64,000 bases of DNA, taken from contig CM120640.1 in the NCBI GenBank assembly GCA_051362555.1, positions 14,384,001 to 14,448,000 of the forward strand, read 5' to 3'. A program made the position numbers and the translations under genes. Source of the DNA: Lingula anatina (taxonomy: Eukaryota > Animalia > Brachiopoda). Below the pieces are notes generated by a model that was not told where the DNA came from, searched no databases, and worked only from the letters and a program-made list of their open reading frames with translations. Numbering within the stretch: the stretch's first letter is position 1; each line of letters starts with the position of its first letter. This document shows positions 41,063-53,082 of this stretch, piece after piece.

Positions 41063-43742
41063 AACTGGAAGATTAAAAGTTTGCAGTAGCAGCGCAAAAA
41101 GATTGTTGTCAATTTTGATGTAACATTACATAATAAATTAGAGAATAATTATCACCAATTTTTGTTTATTGACTATAAATAGGATGGACATGTAGAAAAT
41201 ATGATTACCATTTGGCTTCATGTCCTTGGGAGCTCCGAGTCCCACAATGAATATGCCAAAAAGATAATGAATATTACACTAAAATGTATAACTTCCAGAA
41301 AAAGAAGCCAATTAGACTGCCTTTCTAACTCAGGCTGCATTTTAGTCCTGTGTTTCTTTTTTGAAAGTTTGACAGTCATAAGTAACACGGTTTTCCCATA
41401 ATGGTCATCAAGGCAGCAGTGTTTTCTTCTATTTTGATGCAACATTACATAATGCTTAACAGCATAATGACCATCGATTTTTAATAATAAAATATAAGTG
41501 TCATGGATTTTCACAAAATGTGACTAGCATGGGTCTTCAAGCCCGTGGAGGTTCTAAGTCACACCTTGGAAATGCCAATATGTGAAAAATTAAATTTTCA
41601 CAAAAAACTGTTTAATTGCCAGAAAAATTTACCAAACAGACTGCATTGCCTACTGAAGCTGTATTTTAGTCCCATGTTTCTTTCCTGTAAGTGTGAGAAC
41701 AGTAAGTGACATGATTTTCCTTAAATGGTCATCATGGGAGCAGTGCCCAAAATAGGGGTTTCTTCAAATTTTGATGCAATATTACATAATGTTTTACAGC
41801 ATAATGACCATCAATTTTTAATTATAAAATATTAGTATCATGGTTATTCAGAAAATGTAACTAGCAAAAGTCTTCAGGCCCATGGAACTTCAAAGTCACA
41901 TCTTGAAAATGCCAAAATGTAAACAAGACAGCACTGTTCTGAAATGGGTTTATTTCCATTTTTAACACTTTTTTAACATAAAACAAAATAAACAGTTTAC
42001 TGCCATTTTTATATGACCAACTAAGAAAATTGATGAGATGGGAAAAGTATCAATAGAACAGTGTTAAATGTCCAACTTCCTCCATTCTGAGATTCTGAAC
42101 ATAGTGGATGAATGCATCTGACAAACTGCAATGATATGAGTTTATTTCCATTTTTGACACTTTATTACACAATACATGATAACAAGTTTACCATCATTTT
42201 TACAAAATCAACTAACAATGTTGTAAAGTTGCAGGAAATGTCAAACAAACACTTTTATGTATCTTATTAGTTCAATAATGAGACTGTTAACATGCCTAAG
42301 AATTGAATGTAAGGAAATGTGAAAAAAACAGCATAACTTCTAAAATAATGGACTGATTATGCTGATTTTCAAACTCAACCTGCGTTTTAGTAAGATTGGC
42401 CCCTCCTGTGAGTATAATGACAATTGGCCAATCTGTCTTTCTTATATTGTGTTATCAGTGTTGCATATATACTGAAAAAAGTGAAAAAACAGCATAAATT
42501 CCCTATAAGTGACCCGATCGTGCTGATTTTCGAACTTGACCTGCGTATTATGAATATTCATCAGTTCTGTAAGTTTCAAGCCAAAAGGTAAAATGGTTTT
42601 CCACTTATCGTGTTATCGGTGCTGTATTTATGCTGAAAATAGAGAAAAAATAGCCTAAATTCACTAAAAATGACCCAATCACGCTGATTTTCGAACTTGA
42701 CCTGCGTATTATGTATATTCATCAGTTCTGTAAGTTTCAAGCCAAAAGGTAAAATGGTTTTCCACTTATTGTGTTATCGGTGCTGCATATATGCTGAAAA
42801 AAGTGAAAAAACAGCATAAATTCCCTATAAGTGACCCGATCATGCTGATTTTCGAACTTGACCTGCGTATTATGAATATTCATCAGTTCTGTAAGTTTCA
42901 AACAAAAAGAAAAAACAGTTTTCCACTTATCATGTTATCGGTAAAAGTGCACGGCGACGGCGACGACAGCAACGACGGCGGCGACAGACGCAGATGACGG
43001 CTATATGTACAGACACATCTGTGTCTGTACATAATAACCAGTTTATTTGTTACCTCTTCATCACTGTCATCTCCAAATATTGATGGCTTTGGTTGGAAGG
43101 AGGTGGTCACTTTGTGTGTCTTCTTTGGCAAAAGCAACCCATAGCTGAAAGGCAGATTATCAGTGAACATTTCACCAATGATGTCAAGAAATGGTTCTAG
43201 TTCTTATTTTCAAGTTAAAATGTTAAAGTTAATTTTTAGTTTTACAGACACCTCCTCACATTATTGTACCTAGATCCTACCTCTGTAATTTACAGATTGA
43301 TCTAAAATATAAAATAACGATAATAATAAAAGTGGGGGCAATGAGCTCGGATTTTCGTGATGCAAATATCTGCCTCAAATTTTTTAAAGCTGAAGTCTGA
43401 ACAATTTCATCTTATACATGTATGAAACTGTTAACCACCTCCATGGCAGTTGAACATTATTATACCTTATCTCAGTTTTCGGCCACACATATCAGGTACT
43501 TTACGCAGTAGGTACGTTATAAGTATCAAGTATGATTTAAGGCTATAACTGAGGCAAGATGGTACTACAACCTTCAACAGTAGTACAAGCCTATAAGTTA
43601 TATGTTCTACCGTGTACTTTCACCAGCTTACTATTAAAACTACATAAATTCACATGTGAAGAGAATCACACAACGGTGTCGTTTTAAAGAAGAACATTCA
43701 CACGCAGAGAGGTGAAACTTACTGCTTTTTGGGGGCCTCCAT
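36359..43742 (-). CDS. NSRP1: Nuclear speckle splicing regulatory protein 1 (CCDC55)
   Basis: MEAPKK(H)YGLLLPKK, IFGDDSDEE, DPTVYEYD, PKYIANLL, FVTSAYKKK, DLSGFYRHLLNQ, RD/RE-rich tail, AKARYLARK. Exons ~43723-43742, 43054-43144, 39751-39816, 39331-39459, 38702-38909, 38072-38180, 37764-37835, 36870-37319, 36359-36635. Confidence 0.9.
40687..40915 (-). mobile_element. Second copy of the Helentron/HINE-like short element
   Basis: Reverse complement matches 175-1006 with the MITE removed (ctctgccaag..ttttcacccctgtttgt..aaaagttatgga..gccttggcagaggtctgcactctc.aagtgctttt). Confidence 0.65.
40948..41083. repeat. Perfect palindrome: 23-bp inverted arms around (AT)45
   Basis: caaacttttaatcttccagtttg-(AT)45-caaactggaagattaaaagtttg. 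Confidence 0.9.
41200..41920. repeat. Diverged ~330-bp tandem duplication (2+ units)
   Basis: ttttagtcc..tgtttc and ttttgatgcaa.attacataatg..cagcataatgaccatc recur at ~41340/41664 and ~41432/41769. Confidence 0.7.
42310..43033. repeat. 161-bp satellite-like tandem array (4 units) with GAC/CGG microsatellite and terminal hairpin (Helentron-like end)
   Basis: gctgattttc at 42361, 42522, 42683, 42844. Hairpin tatgtacagacaca-tc-tgtgtctgtacata at 43004-43033. Confidence 0.75.
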
Positions 43743-43954
43743 GGTGTAAGTACTGTAACTCGTTTTTCGTTGTACATACGATTTTGTGTTGCACGCATAA
43801 TAGTTTGGCGGATGATCGACAGGTGGTGTTTAGTAACGAAAGCGAGACTTGTCAAGACAGGACGGCCGCTTTCTTTTACTCATTTTTCCAGAACGCGGTA
43901 CAGATACATCTACGGGCATAGGATCAAATTTCAAGAAAACAGTGGATGAATTCT

Positions 43955-44280
43955 GACTTAACATTAAAATTCAAGGATATTGGCAAAGGGATTGCTTCAT
44001 TTTATGCGGTATGGCAAATGTTGTTTTCTCAACGTAAACGTTAAATGACGAACGTTGAATGATAACGATTCGCAGATGCATGTGAAGTGTTACGTAACAA
44101 AAATAAATACATGTACATGTATGTCTAATACTTTTAGCTTTTCAGGCTTAACATTATAATCTAAGGATATTGAGAAAGGGATTGCTTCGTTTTGTGCGGT
44201 GTGGCAAATATTGTTTTCTCAACGTTAAATGGCAAATAACCTTGACAAGCATAAGCAAATGCATGTGAAGTGTTACGTGA
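43955..44280. repeat. ~190-bp direct duplication
   Basis: cttaacatta..aaggatattg..aaagggattgcttc..ttgttttctcaacgt..gcatgtgaagtgttacgt occurs twice. Confidence 0.8.
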
Positions 44281-44953
44281 CAAAATTATAAAATATTTTT
44301 GCTAATATGCTGACACATGTTGAGATGACTTTACCACAGCACAAATAAGTTCTGATAACGGTGAGTGTTGTACATATATATACGTATTGTGTCCTCCTGA
44401 GGTCAGCTAAGCCCTAGTTTGTTTGTTTACCCTAGTTTTGGGGTTCTGTGCATGAATTGAAAGGCCATCAAGGCATCGTGCATGGCCTTTCATTGTAAAC
44501 TACAGTTAACATGTAGTGTAAGATGTCTTTGAAGTAAGTCATAGAGCAGAATTAATTTCTCTTTTTACTTTTTTGTACACACATCATGTTATGTTCTCAA
44601 GTGTGGTCTCAACAGTAAAATTAATGCTATCTGTATGACTTTTAATAAAATATACCTGTACATGTACATGCAACAGTAATTCCGTAGAACATATTGCTCA
44701 CATGGGTTTGTTTTATTTCATCCAAATGTTTTATTTTGCCAAACTCTCCTTTGTTTAAAAGAAAAACAGGTTGGGAAATTGTAAAATAATGTTAACAAAT
44801 CTTAGCGTAAAACCCAAATATATTGTAGTTGCATGTCATGTGTTGGAATGTTTAAGTTCAAACTTGTAGATTTTGGTTTAATTTATTTATATTTAACAAA
44901 TAGATAATGAACTATTTTTTATTTACCTAATTCAAAGTGTATGTAGACATTTA

Positions 44954-45351
44954 GGCACCGTTCACATGAAAAATCTAAATTCTAAAAATGCAAAAATCCT
45001 TGATGCATGCACAGTAATAAGTTAGAGAGAAAGAAATGGTGGTCGTGGTTGCTTTGAAAAATGTGTTTGTCGATTTTGTGCAACAAGATGAAGAAGATTA
45101 GGTCCATATACACACGACAGATATGAGTGTAATCTGATGAACTCCACAGTTTAGAGATACTACTATGCATGCGTCAAGGTGCCAGAATCTCCTCCATGTG
45201 GAGCCGAGAATTAATTACAGCTTTGGAAGTAACTCGCTTGCTCTGCTAGTTAATTACGCTGTGGGTTATTCAGGGCACAGACCGTGATCACTAGATACCG
45301 CCAATGGATTTTTGGATTTTTAGAATTTAGATTTTTCATGTGAACAGTGCG
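44954..45351. mobile_element. MITE, Harbinger-like, ~45-bp TIRs
   Basis: ggcaccgttcacatgaaaaatctaaattctaaaaat... versus ...atttttagaatttagatttttcatgtgaacagtgcg; TTA on both flanks. Confidence 0.75.
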
Positions 45352-45578
45352 TTATATGCATCACATATTAGATATCCTGGCTTTAAGCAGTTTGATTCTA
45401 AATTGACTTTCACAATTTCTCTTCTTTACTTTTGCTTTTTTAATTTAATCTTTTCAATCCTCCCCCCCCCCTCATCAAAAGTTCTCTTTCTGTACAAGTA
45501 GAGAGTGTTCTAGTTAATTTAGCTGTTTTCAATATATTTCAAGGCGCTTCTTGTGGTTTCTGAAGATATAGTGGACAA

Positions 45579-45940
45579 CTGTGCTGCTGACAAGGTCCAG
45601 GGTTGCACTTTTAATGATGTTGAGGGCTGTGCTGTTGAGGATGTTGAGGGCTGTGCTCTTGACAAAGTTAAACCTTGGGCTGTGCTGTTGATGTTGAGGG
45701 CTGTGCTGTTTACAATGTCCAGGGTTGTATTGTTGATGATGTTAAGGACTGCGCTAATAAGGATAACGAGGACTGTGCTGTTGAAGATTTCAAGGGTTTT
45801 ATCTTCAGTGGTGTTGAGTACTGTAATGTTGATGATGTTGAGGACTGCAATGTTAACAGTGTTGAGGGCTGTGGTATTAGCAATGCCGACGCCTGTTGAC
45901 AAGTTCATAGGTCATCCTGTTGATGTGGTGCTGATGTGTC
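45579..45940. repeat. Degenerate ~21-24-bp minisatellite
   Basis: Recurrent ctgtgctgttga(g/t)gatgttgaggg units. Confidence 0.7.
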
Positions 45941-46787
45941 CAACACTAGTAATGCAGCTACACTTCTTTCTAATGACAATTTGATGTATGAAAGGAGAGA
46001 TTATGATAGTTATTGTAACATATTTTAGGATTTTATGTAGCATATTGTATTTTAATCCATTTATAAGCTTTTTAAAACCAACAATTTGTTTTCACAGATT
46101 AGGATTATACATAAATAACAGTTCTGAATGAAAATAAGATAAATTACAGCTGCCATCTGCCTGTACATAAATAAAACGTGCATTATCTGTAACTAGTTAT
46201 TGATGTGTATCAGACATAGTTATGCACTTCTCTCTCTCCTCCCCTGACGATGCCCGTGAATGAAGGGGAATATTGTCCCACAATATCCAAAACAATGTCT
46301 GTATAAAGCCCCTCCACTAGTTGTGTGCCTCCTCCTGTCTTAGGTTGCTTTATATTAGAAGTGTTCTTCTTTGCCTTGGAGTACAAATATTTCCATTAAT
46401 TGTGTTTCAACTTCTCCAGAATGAACTTTGGCTGCAATATTCTGCCAAACTCTCCTTTTCCTCTGGGTTGTACTAGAGTTTATAAACCTGCTGTTCAAAA
46501 GTATTTTTTGCCTAGTATTTCAAAAACATCTGGATCTCTCCATCACTGTGATTTTTCTTTCAAGGTTTTTTTCATTGCCATTCCCCTATGACTACAAACT
46601 TAGTATTTTCTCAATAATACCATGCAGTGCTGCAAAGAAGCATTACATGTGTACAACAGGTAGGACAGTCTTGATCTGTCTTATGCAAAGAGGCTAAACA
46701 TGGAGAGTCATCCTGTAGCACAAATAACCTATGACATAATGGTTATTATTATTATTATTGTTATAATTTATTTTATTTTTTCTAGTA

Positions 46788-49700
46788 ATGGCAGAAGGAG
46801 GCAAAAAGAGCACGTCAGATGTGCGAGTGGTGATCTGTGGGGGAGGCATTATTGGAGTTTCCATTGCCTACTATCTGGCTGAGAAGGGAGTAGCAGCCAC
46901 CATCATTGAGAGGAGATCAGTAGCATGTGCGGCCTCTGGAAGAGCTGGAGGATTTTTGGCAAAGAATTGGTGTGATCATAATGAGGTAGGAAACTATTTG
47001 AATGAAGAGTTCTTTTTCAGTCATTTTCAGCTTTGGATTGGCAATAAGTTACTAAACACAGTTTAAATATATATAAAATATCAGTCTAAATCATATGCAG
47101 TAAAATAATTTATTTTTCTCATTGATTCATCATTTTATTGTGATTGTGTAGTTTTTACCTGCATACTGTTAAAAAATTTCTTCTACTTAAAAAGCTCAGT
47201 TCAAAAATTGGTTGGCACGTTTCTGTTGTGCATTCTTTAGCTGTTTCCAGGTTAAAGTCCAGTTTAAATTTAGAAAATTGACTTGGGACTAAAGCATTGT
47301 AAAATTATGTGGATGGTTATCAATCAATAAAATCTCAAACATTAGGATTTTTTAAAAAAAATTTTCGCAAAATGAGTTCTCCTAGTTTATTCTGTGCATA
47401 TAGATTTTTATTTACATTTAGAGAAAGAAGAAATGCATTCCAAATAAATTTGTAGTTGTGGTCTGAAAATTGACACACACTTTGAGGCTGCAGGTAATTT
47501 GTGACCAGGGGTGTATCTCAGGCCACTTCTATATAAGTTCTTTGGAGTGGAACTTTTATAAAAGTAGGAAGGGGTGATACGGCGGTCACTATTTATCATT
47601 TTCTGATTTATGTTTAAGCAATGTACAAGTGTTTATGTTTGTTGTGGCTAAAGTTCAGTAAAGGAAAAAATGGGAAATGGGAAATTTTACAAACTTTGTT
47701 TACAAAATTCACTAAATCTAGTTGGTAAGATGAAATGCTACAGTCACAGATCGAATCTTGGTGTATTTGCAAGCAGAAATGGGTTGATCACCAGTCTCCA
47801 GCTAAAAACTCACAGTAGAGACAGAGCTTTGACAAGAAATAACAAAGACAGCAAATTTCACTGCACTGAAAAAAAATAGTTAACGAAAATAGAATGCACT
47901 GCACTCACTGTCTGGAATAAATTTCATCAAAGTTTTTTATTTTTGCGGGGGAGGGGGGATCTGTTTTTTCTTATTGTCTAAAAGAGAAGGGTTCACTTAC
48001 TGTATTTTCATCCTACCCAATGAAGATTGAAGGAGCATAATTCATTGGTGCATTTCATTTATATTTACAAAAAGGTCATTTACAAAGATGAAGAGAGAAC
48101 TACCCATTATAATATGTAGTTTTCCACATGTGCAGTGCATATGATGACAGAAAAATAATATTGTAAATTAAGACTTTTTTAAATTCAGATATCTTGTTAG
48201 ATAATAACTCACTTTATTTCCTCAAATGAAAGAGAACACAGGCAGTGCGTTGAAAACTTCGATAAACTGATAAATTGCATGAATTTGTGTAAAAAAAGAC
48301 TTTGTTCTCTAGCATTGTCTGAGTATACATATACATGTATGTGTAGCATGATAGTCCATGTCTTGATTGATCACACATTCTGTGGGGAATGAGTATTGAT
48401 TGTAATCTCTGTTCTTCCCCCCAAGAGACATTTATTAAGTTAACATTGGTGAAGATCAACAACTCTGACCAAATGCGTATTATGTATACTACTTAAATGA
48501 GTCCAAGATGTTAATATAATACTGATGAACAGATAATTGGATCTTTTCCTGACATAGAAATTACTTCAATATGTATTGTTATGTATGCACTACCAGACAA
48601 ACGCATCAAAATCATAGCATTTGCTGTGGTACTCATTGACCACTATCTATCTTAGTTTGTTCTGAATTCAGTTTTGTAAATTTTTGTCTTTCATTTCTTA
48701 AACTACTATGTTGTTGGCTTAAGACAAGTCTAAAAAGTACTAAGAAAAATTGAGATATGTAGAAAATAACTTTAAAATAATATTTTCCTGAATAAAGTAT
48801 TTTTTTCTCAGTTTTCAAAATAACTTTTGACTCCCATTTCCAGCTCGGCCATTTGGCAAGAAAAAGCTTTGAGATGCACAAGGAGCTGGCAGAGAAGTTT
48901 GGTGCTAGTAAGATAGACTACAGGCTGCTGGACACCTTTCAAGTGGACTCCCTGGAGGGATTCCATAGTGACTCGGATAGTGGCAAGCCAGACTGGATAG
49001 ATGGGTGTGTCACCAGTGTGGCCACGTTGGGGAATACCTCCACTACAGCACAGGTGAATATATGTGCGTGCATGTGTGTATGCATGGGTGGTTGCTGACA
49101 GGCTGGTAGTTGTGATTTTACACTGAACTACTTGTATATAATCATGATCCAAACTACTTTTAATGGGTTCAAGATCCAAATGATGCTCCCTTGAGTTGAG
49201 AGTTGATCATGCCATGTCACCTTTAATTAGCAATATCATATCCACTTATGTCTAATTGCAATGAACATATGATTGATTCTTTTCTGTCTGCATAAAGATT
49301 TAATGTTAAAGTATATTTATTGAAAATTCCCCTTACATCCCTGATGATCTTGGTTCATGTTACATGCAGCATGGGGCATTCTCACCATAGGCAAACTTTA
49401 TTTTCTTATTATAATGAAACATGCTACATTATTTACACAATTCTCTTCAATTTCCATGGAAACTGATAAAAGCTACTAGACTGAATTTGCTACTGACATG
49501 GGATCGAACTTTATGCAGAAATGTTTTCATCTTATATCTGTGATAGATATTTCTTTACTCCCTAGGTTCATCCCTACAAATTAACACATGCTATGTTAGA
49601 AGAGGCCCAAAAGAAGGGAGTAAAATTGATCAAGGGAGTTGTTGAAGGAATCAAGTCAACACATGATAAACGCCCTAAAGTCCAGGGGGTAAAAATTGCT

Positions 49701-50294
49701 GACCAAGAAGAGCCTATCCCATGTGACATTGTTGTCATAGCGATGGGACCATGGTCCCATATGGCCAGTCAGTGGTTTGCTCGGTTGCCAAAGGTGAAAG
49801 GCCATAGAGCCCACAGCATAATGGTGAAACCTCCTACCCCCTTCCCAGCACACGCCTGCTTCATAGAGCATCGCTTGAAAAACGGGATCACTAGATCACC
49901 CGAGATTTATTGTCGTCCTGATGGGGAAGTGTACATCTGTGGTTTAGGCGATGACCCTGAGCTTCCTGATAACCCAGAAGATGTTAAACCAGACCCGGAG
50001 ACTGGAGAAAAACTGCTAGGGATAGTGGGTGAGATTTCGACGAAACTGGGCCAAGCTGATATCCAGAGGAAGTCTGCATGCTTCTATCCAGTGTCACCAG
50101 ATGGCACCCCACTCATTGGGAAGATTACGACTGCTGAGGGAGCATACATTGCTACTGGACATAGTTGCTGGGGTATACTAAATGCTCCTGTTACTGGTGC
50201 TGCCATGGCAGAGTTGATTGTTGATGGGCAGGCATCAATTGTTGATCTAAAAGAGTTTAGCCCAAAGAGGTTTTGGGAAATGGGATGGTATTAG
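46788..50294 (+). CDS. FAD-dependent oxidoreductase, DAO family (yeast TDA3/BTN3-like), ~378 aa
   Basis: GGGIIG Rossmann motif, ACAASGRAGGFLA, TAQVHP, PEIYCRPDGEVYICG, ATGHSCWGILNAP. Exons 46788-46985, 48844-49053, 49566-50294, all phase 0. Confidence 0.88.
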
Positions 50295-50903
50295 TTTATA
50301 GCTTATAGTATAGAACACATCTACTGTGTATCCTCTTGCATTTGTTAACTGAGCTTTCTTAGTAAACAGGACTGCAAATGCCATTTATTAATGGTCTTTG
50401 GTGGTGCCATGGGGATAGAAGCCCCCGGGCCTATTCTGGAGACCAGCACTATGGCATTTTATTCACTGGGTTGGTATTTGTTTATTTATGTTTATTTTCA
50501 TTAATTATGCATATGGTGTTCTATGCAGAAAGTTTCAAGTTTGTTTATTTATAGGTAATAGTTTTGTATTATTATTATTATTTATATTGTTTTTTATTAT
50601 TTGTTAGATATTAATTTTATACTTATTTGCTGAACACTGCTCATTTCTCTGGAATGTTACTTTAATTGTGTAACTTAGAGCACTCTGCATTTGGTGGGAT
50701 TCCCTCATTATAAGCTAGTGCTGTGGACATGGCATTAATTCCATCAGATCATATTTCTCATGAGGAGAAAGGAGTGGACTGTCTAACATCACCAAAATTC
50801 AGTCACAGGTGCCTCTTTTGAAGTCTCTGTTAATGGCTGCTCAAGGTTACAGAGGGTGTAAAAAAGAAAAAAAGAAAACAAAAAATACTGATGAATGCCT
50901 TAA

Positions 50904-51250
50904 AGGGATAACAACTACATTTTAGCTGGTAAAGTGCTATAAAAAGGATTTTTCTTGGGTAAACGACCATTTTCCCATACTTTCAAATGGTTAACAAATC
51001 TTTTCTGACATTTAAAGTGAGTTGATTTTTTTTTTTTTTTTTTTTTTGCGATTATCTCTTGAGAGATTATTATGGAGTGAAGCTATCTATGAAGGTCCAG
51101 GTTGTCCGATGGCAAGCACAGATTTCAGAATAATTAAAATAACTGCCGTTTTGGTTGTTAAATGGAATTTATGATATTTCTACTAGCATGTGTTCTTTAC
51201 AATGTATTTATTGTGGGATTTTGAATCTCATGTTAGGAGTCGTTATCCCT
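50904..51250. mobile_element. Non-autonomous TTAA-targeting DNA element (Kolobok-like)
   Basis: TTAA-agggataacaact ... agtcgttatccct-TTAA; AG...CT termini. Confidence 0.6.
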
Positions 51251-52833
51251 TTAACTTCAAAATGGTAGAGCAACGTTCACCTTAATTAAAATTTAATTTA
51301 TTTTTATCATCTATAAAAAATTATATTGGTTTTTTTTTTTTTTAAGGGAAGAGTCATTATTTAATGTTTTTGAAGAAGGAAGTCGTGTTTCTTGAATTCT
51401 GGGCTGTTTCAAATCATTGTTTATTCAGGTGTATTGCTTTGTATTAGTTGATCCTGTGGGATCACAGGACTTCACTGTTTTGGGGTGTTCTTTTCAGCTG
51501 TGATATATTAGATAAATAAAAAGTAGTCCTGCAGAAACAACCACAAAAAAATTTAAAACTCGAAGAAAAAAATTAATAAGCCTTTGCAAAATGGATTGTT
51601 ACTGCTGTTGTTATCATTTAGACTAAAGCTGATATGTAATTTAATAAAAGAGAACTATCAGTTTTACACATCAGTAGCAATATTTTTTTAAAATGTGAAA
51701 ATAATCTTTATGTAATTGACGATATCCATTTTGTGTCTGTTTCTATTTGCTGTTCTATCATGGTGCTCCCCTGCCCCCTCTAGCAGAATTTTGTACTGAA
51801 ATACATTACCACCTCAATCACAGGTCACTGAATTTTCTCACTTTGCCTACTGTTGATTTATTTTAACACTATGGTACTTTAAAAGCCCTTTAGTATGTTA
51901 AAGTTGTGAAATGTGAAAGATGAGTAATGATTTTCTACATAAATTTTAAAAGCATAATTAGTTCTAAGAATATTTAAAGAATATATGTGATTTTTTAAAA
52001 GACAATGAGATTATGAACCCTGCATTTTGTATTTCAAGTGTTCCATTGCAGTGTTATAAGGTGTTCATTTTATGAGATTTTGGCTGTTTTCCTTTTGAGA
52101 TGGCTAGTTCCATTCTCTCATTTGTGAGAGTTGATACATTTTTTTCTAGTAACTAAGTTGATCTTCCTGCTAAAAATTATCTGTTGGAAATGATGGTGCA
52201 GGGAATATCTCTGCCATGAAGTGCTATGAATGGTGCATGAAACATGTAAAATATGCTTTAACTAAAAGTACATGTCAAGAAAAATGACAGAAATGAGCTG
52301 ATCAAACTACGTGTGCCACCTAAATGTGCTATTTGAGATGGAAAGTTACTGTATTGGAATGTCGTCTTCTTTATATCAAGAATGGACAATTGTCTTGTGA
52401 ATATTAGATGTACTTTTATTATCTGTGTTTTGAATTGGTGCTATAGTTGAAAATGTAAAACATTCAGCTAAGGAATATTGCAGTCTCGATATCACGATAT
52501 GGCGGTATTAGAGCAATAAGAAATGGGAAATGTATCAGAGTGCTAGGAACTAATTTACACCTGGGTTGCCTGAGGCATGCATGTTGATCTTTTTAGCAGC
52601 TGAGGTACCTGTTATTAACGTAACCTTAATATACATATGACAAAATATCTTCACAATGGCAAGGCACATTCAGTTCTTTTATAAATGATATATATATTCA
52701 TGGGCAGGTGATTTTAGTGACCTCGCTGTCATCACTTCCGCAGCAGGTTTTTGCAGAGCTGCAGCACATTTGTCCTACAGAGCGTTTGCCATCATGTCCT
52801 TGAGAATACACCTTTTGCTGCCTTAGTCTATAA

Positions 52834-53082
52834 GTGCAGAATGAGAGACCATTCCCACAGATATTTAGATCGATCTATCCCCCTGGGGAGTCTCACTAGG
52901 TTGCTGTCAGCTTAATCCGCTTAAATGTCTGTCCCGCCTCCTAAAAGTTGTAAGGGGGTAATTAACTTTTGTGCGCGCTCTTCTCCCGGAAGCTGACAGC
53001 AATTAAGCGTGAACCCTCAGGGAGTTAGGTCGATCCAGATGGATTGATCTAAATCTGTGGGAACCCAGTCTGCGTCGAATGC
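52834..53082. mobile_element. Degenerate inverted-repeat element (old MITE)
   Basis: ttcccacagat..ttagatc / gatctaaatctgtgggaa and ttgctgtcagctt / aagctgacagcaa. Confidence 0.5.

Noticed and set aside
40588-41112. 174-aa and 61-aa ORFs with (IY)n
   Set aside because: Artefacts of the (AT)45 microsatellite and the adjacent repeat
42310-42945. CRISPR-like array
   Set aside because: Eukaryotic context; units are full-length tandem repeats without unique spacers, and no cas genes
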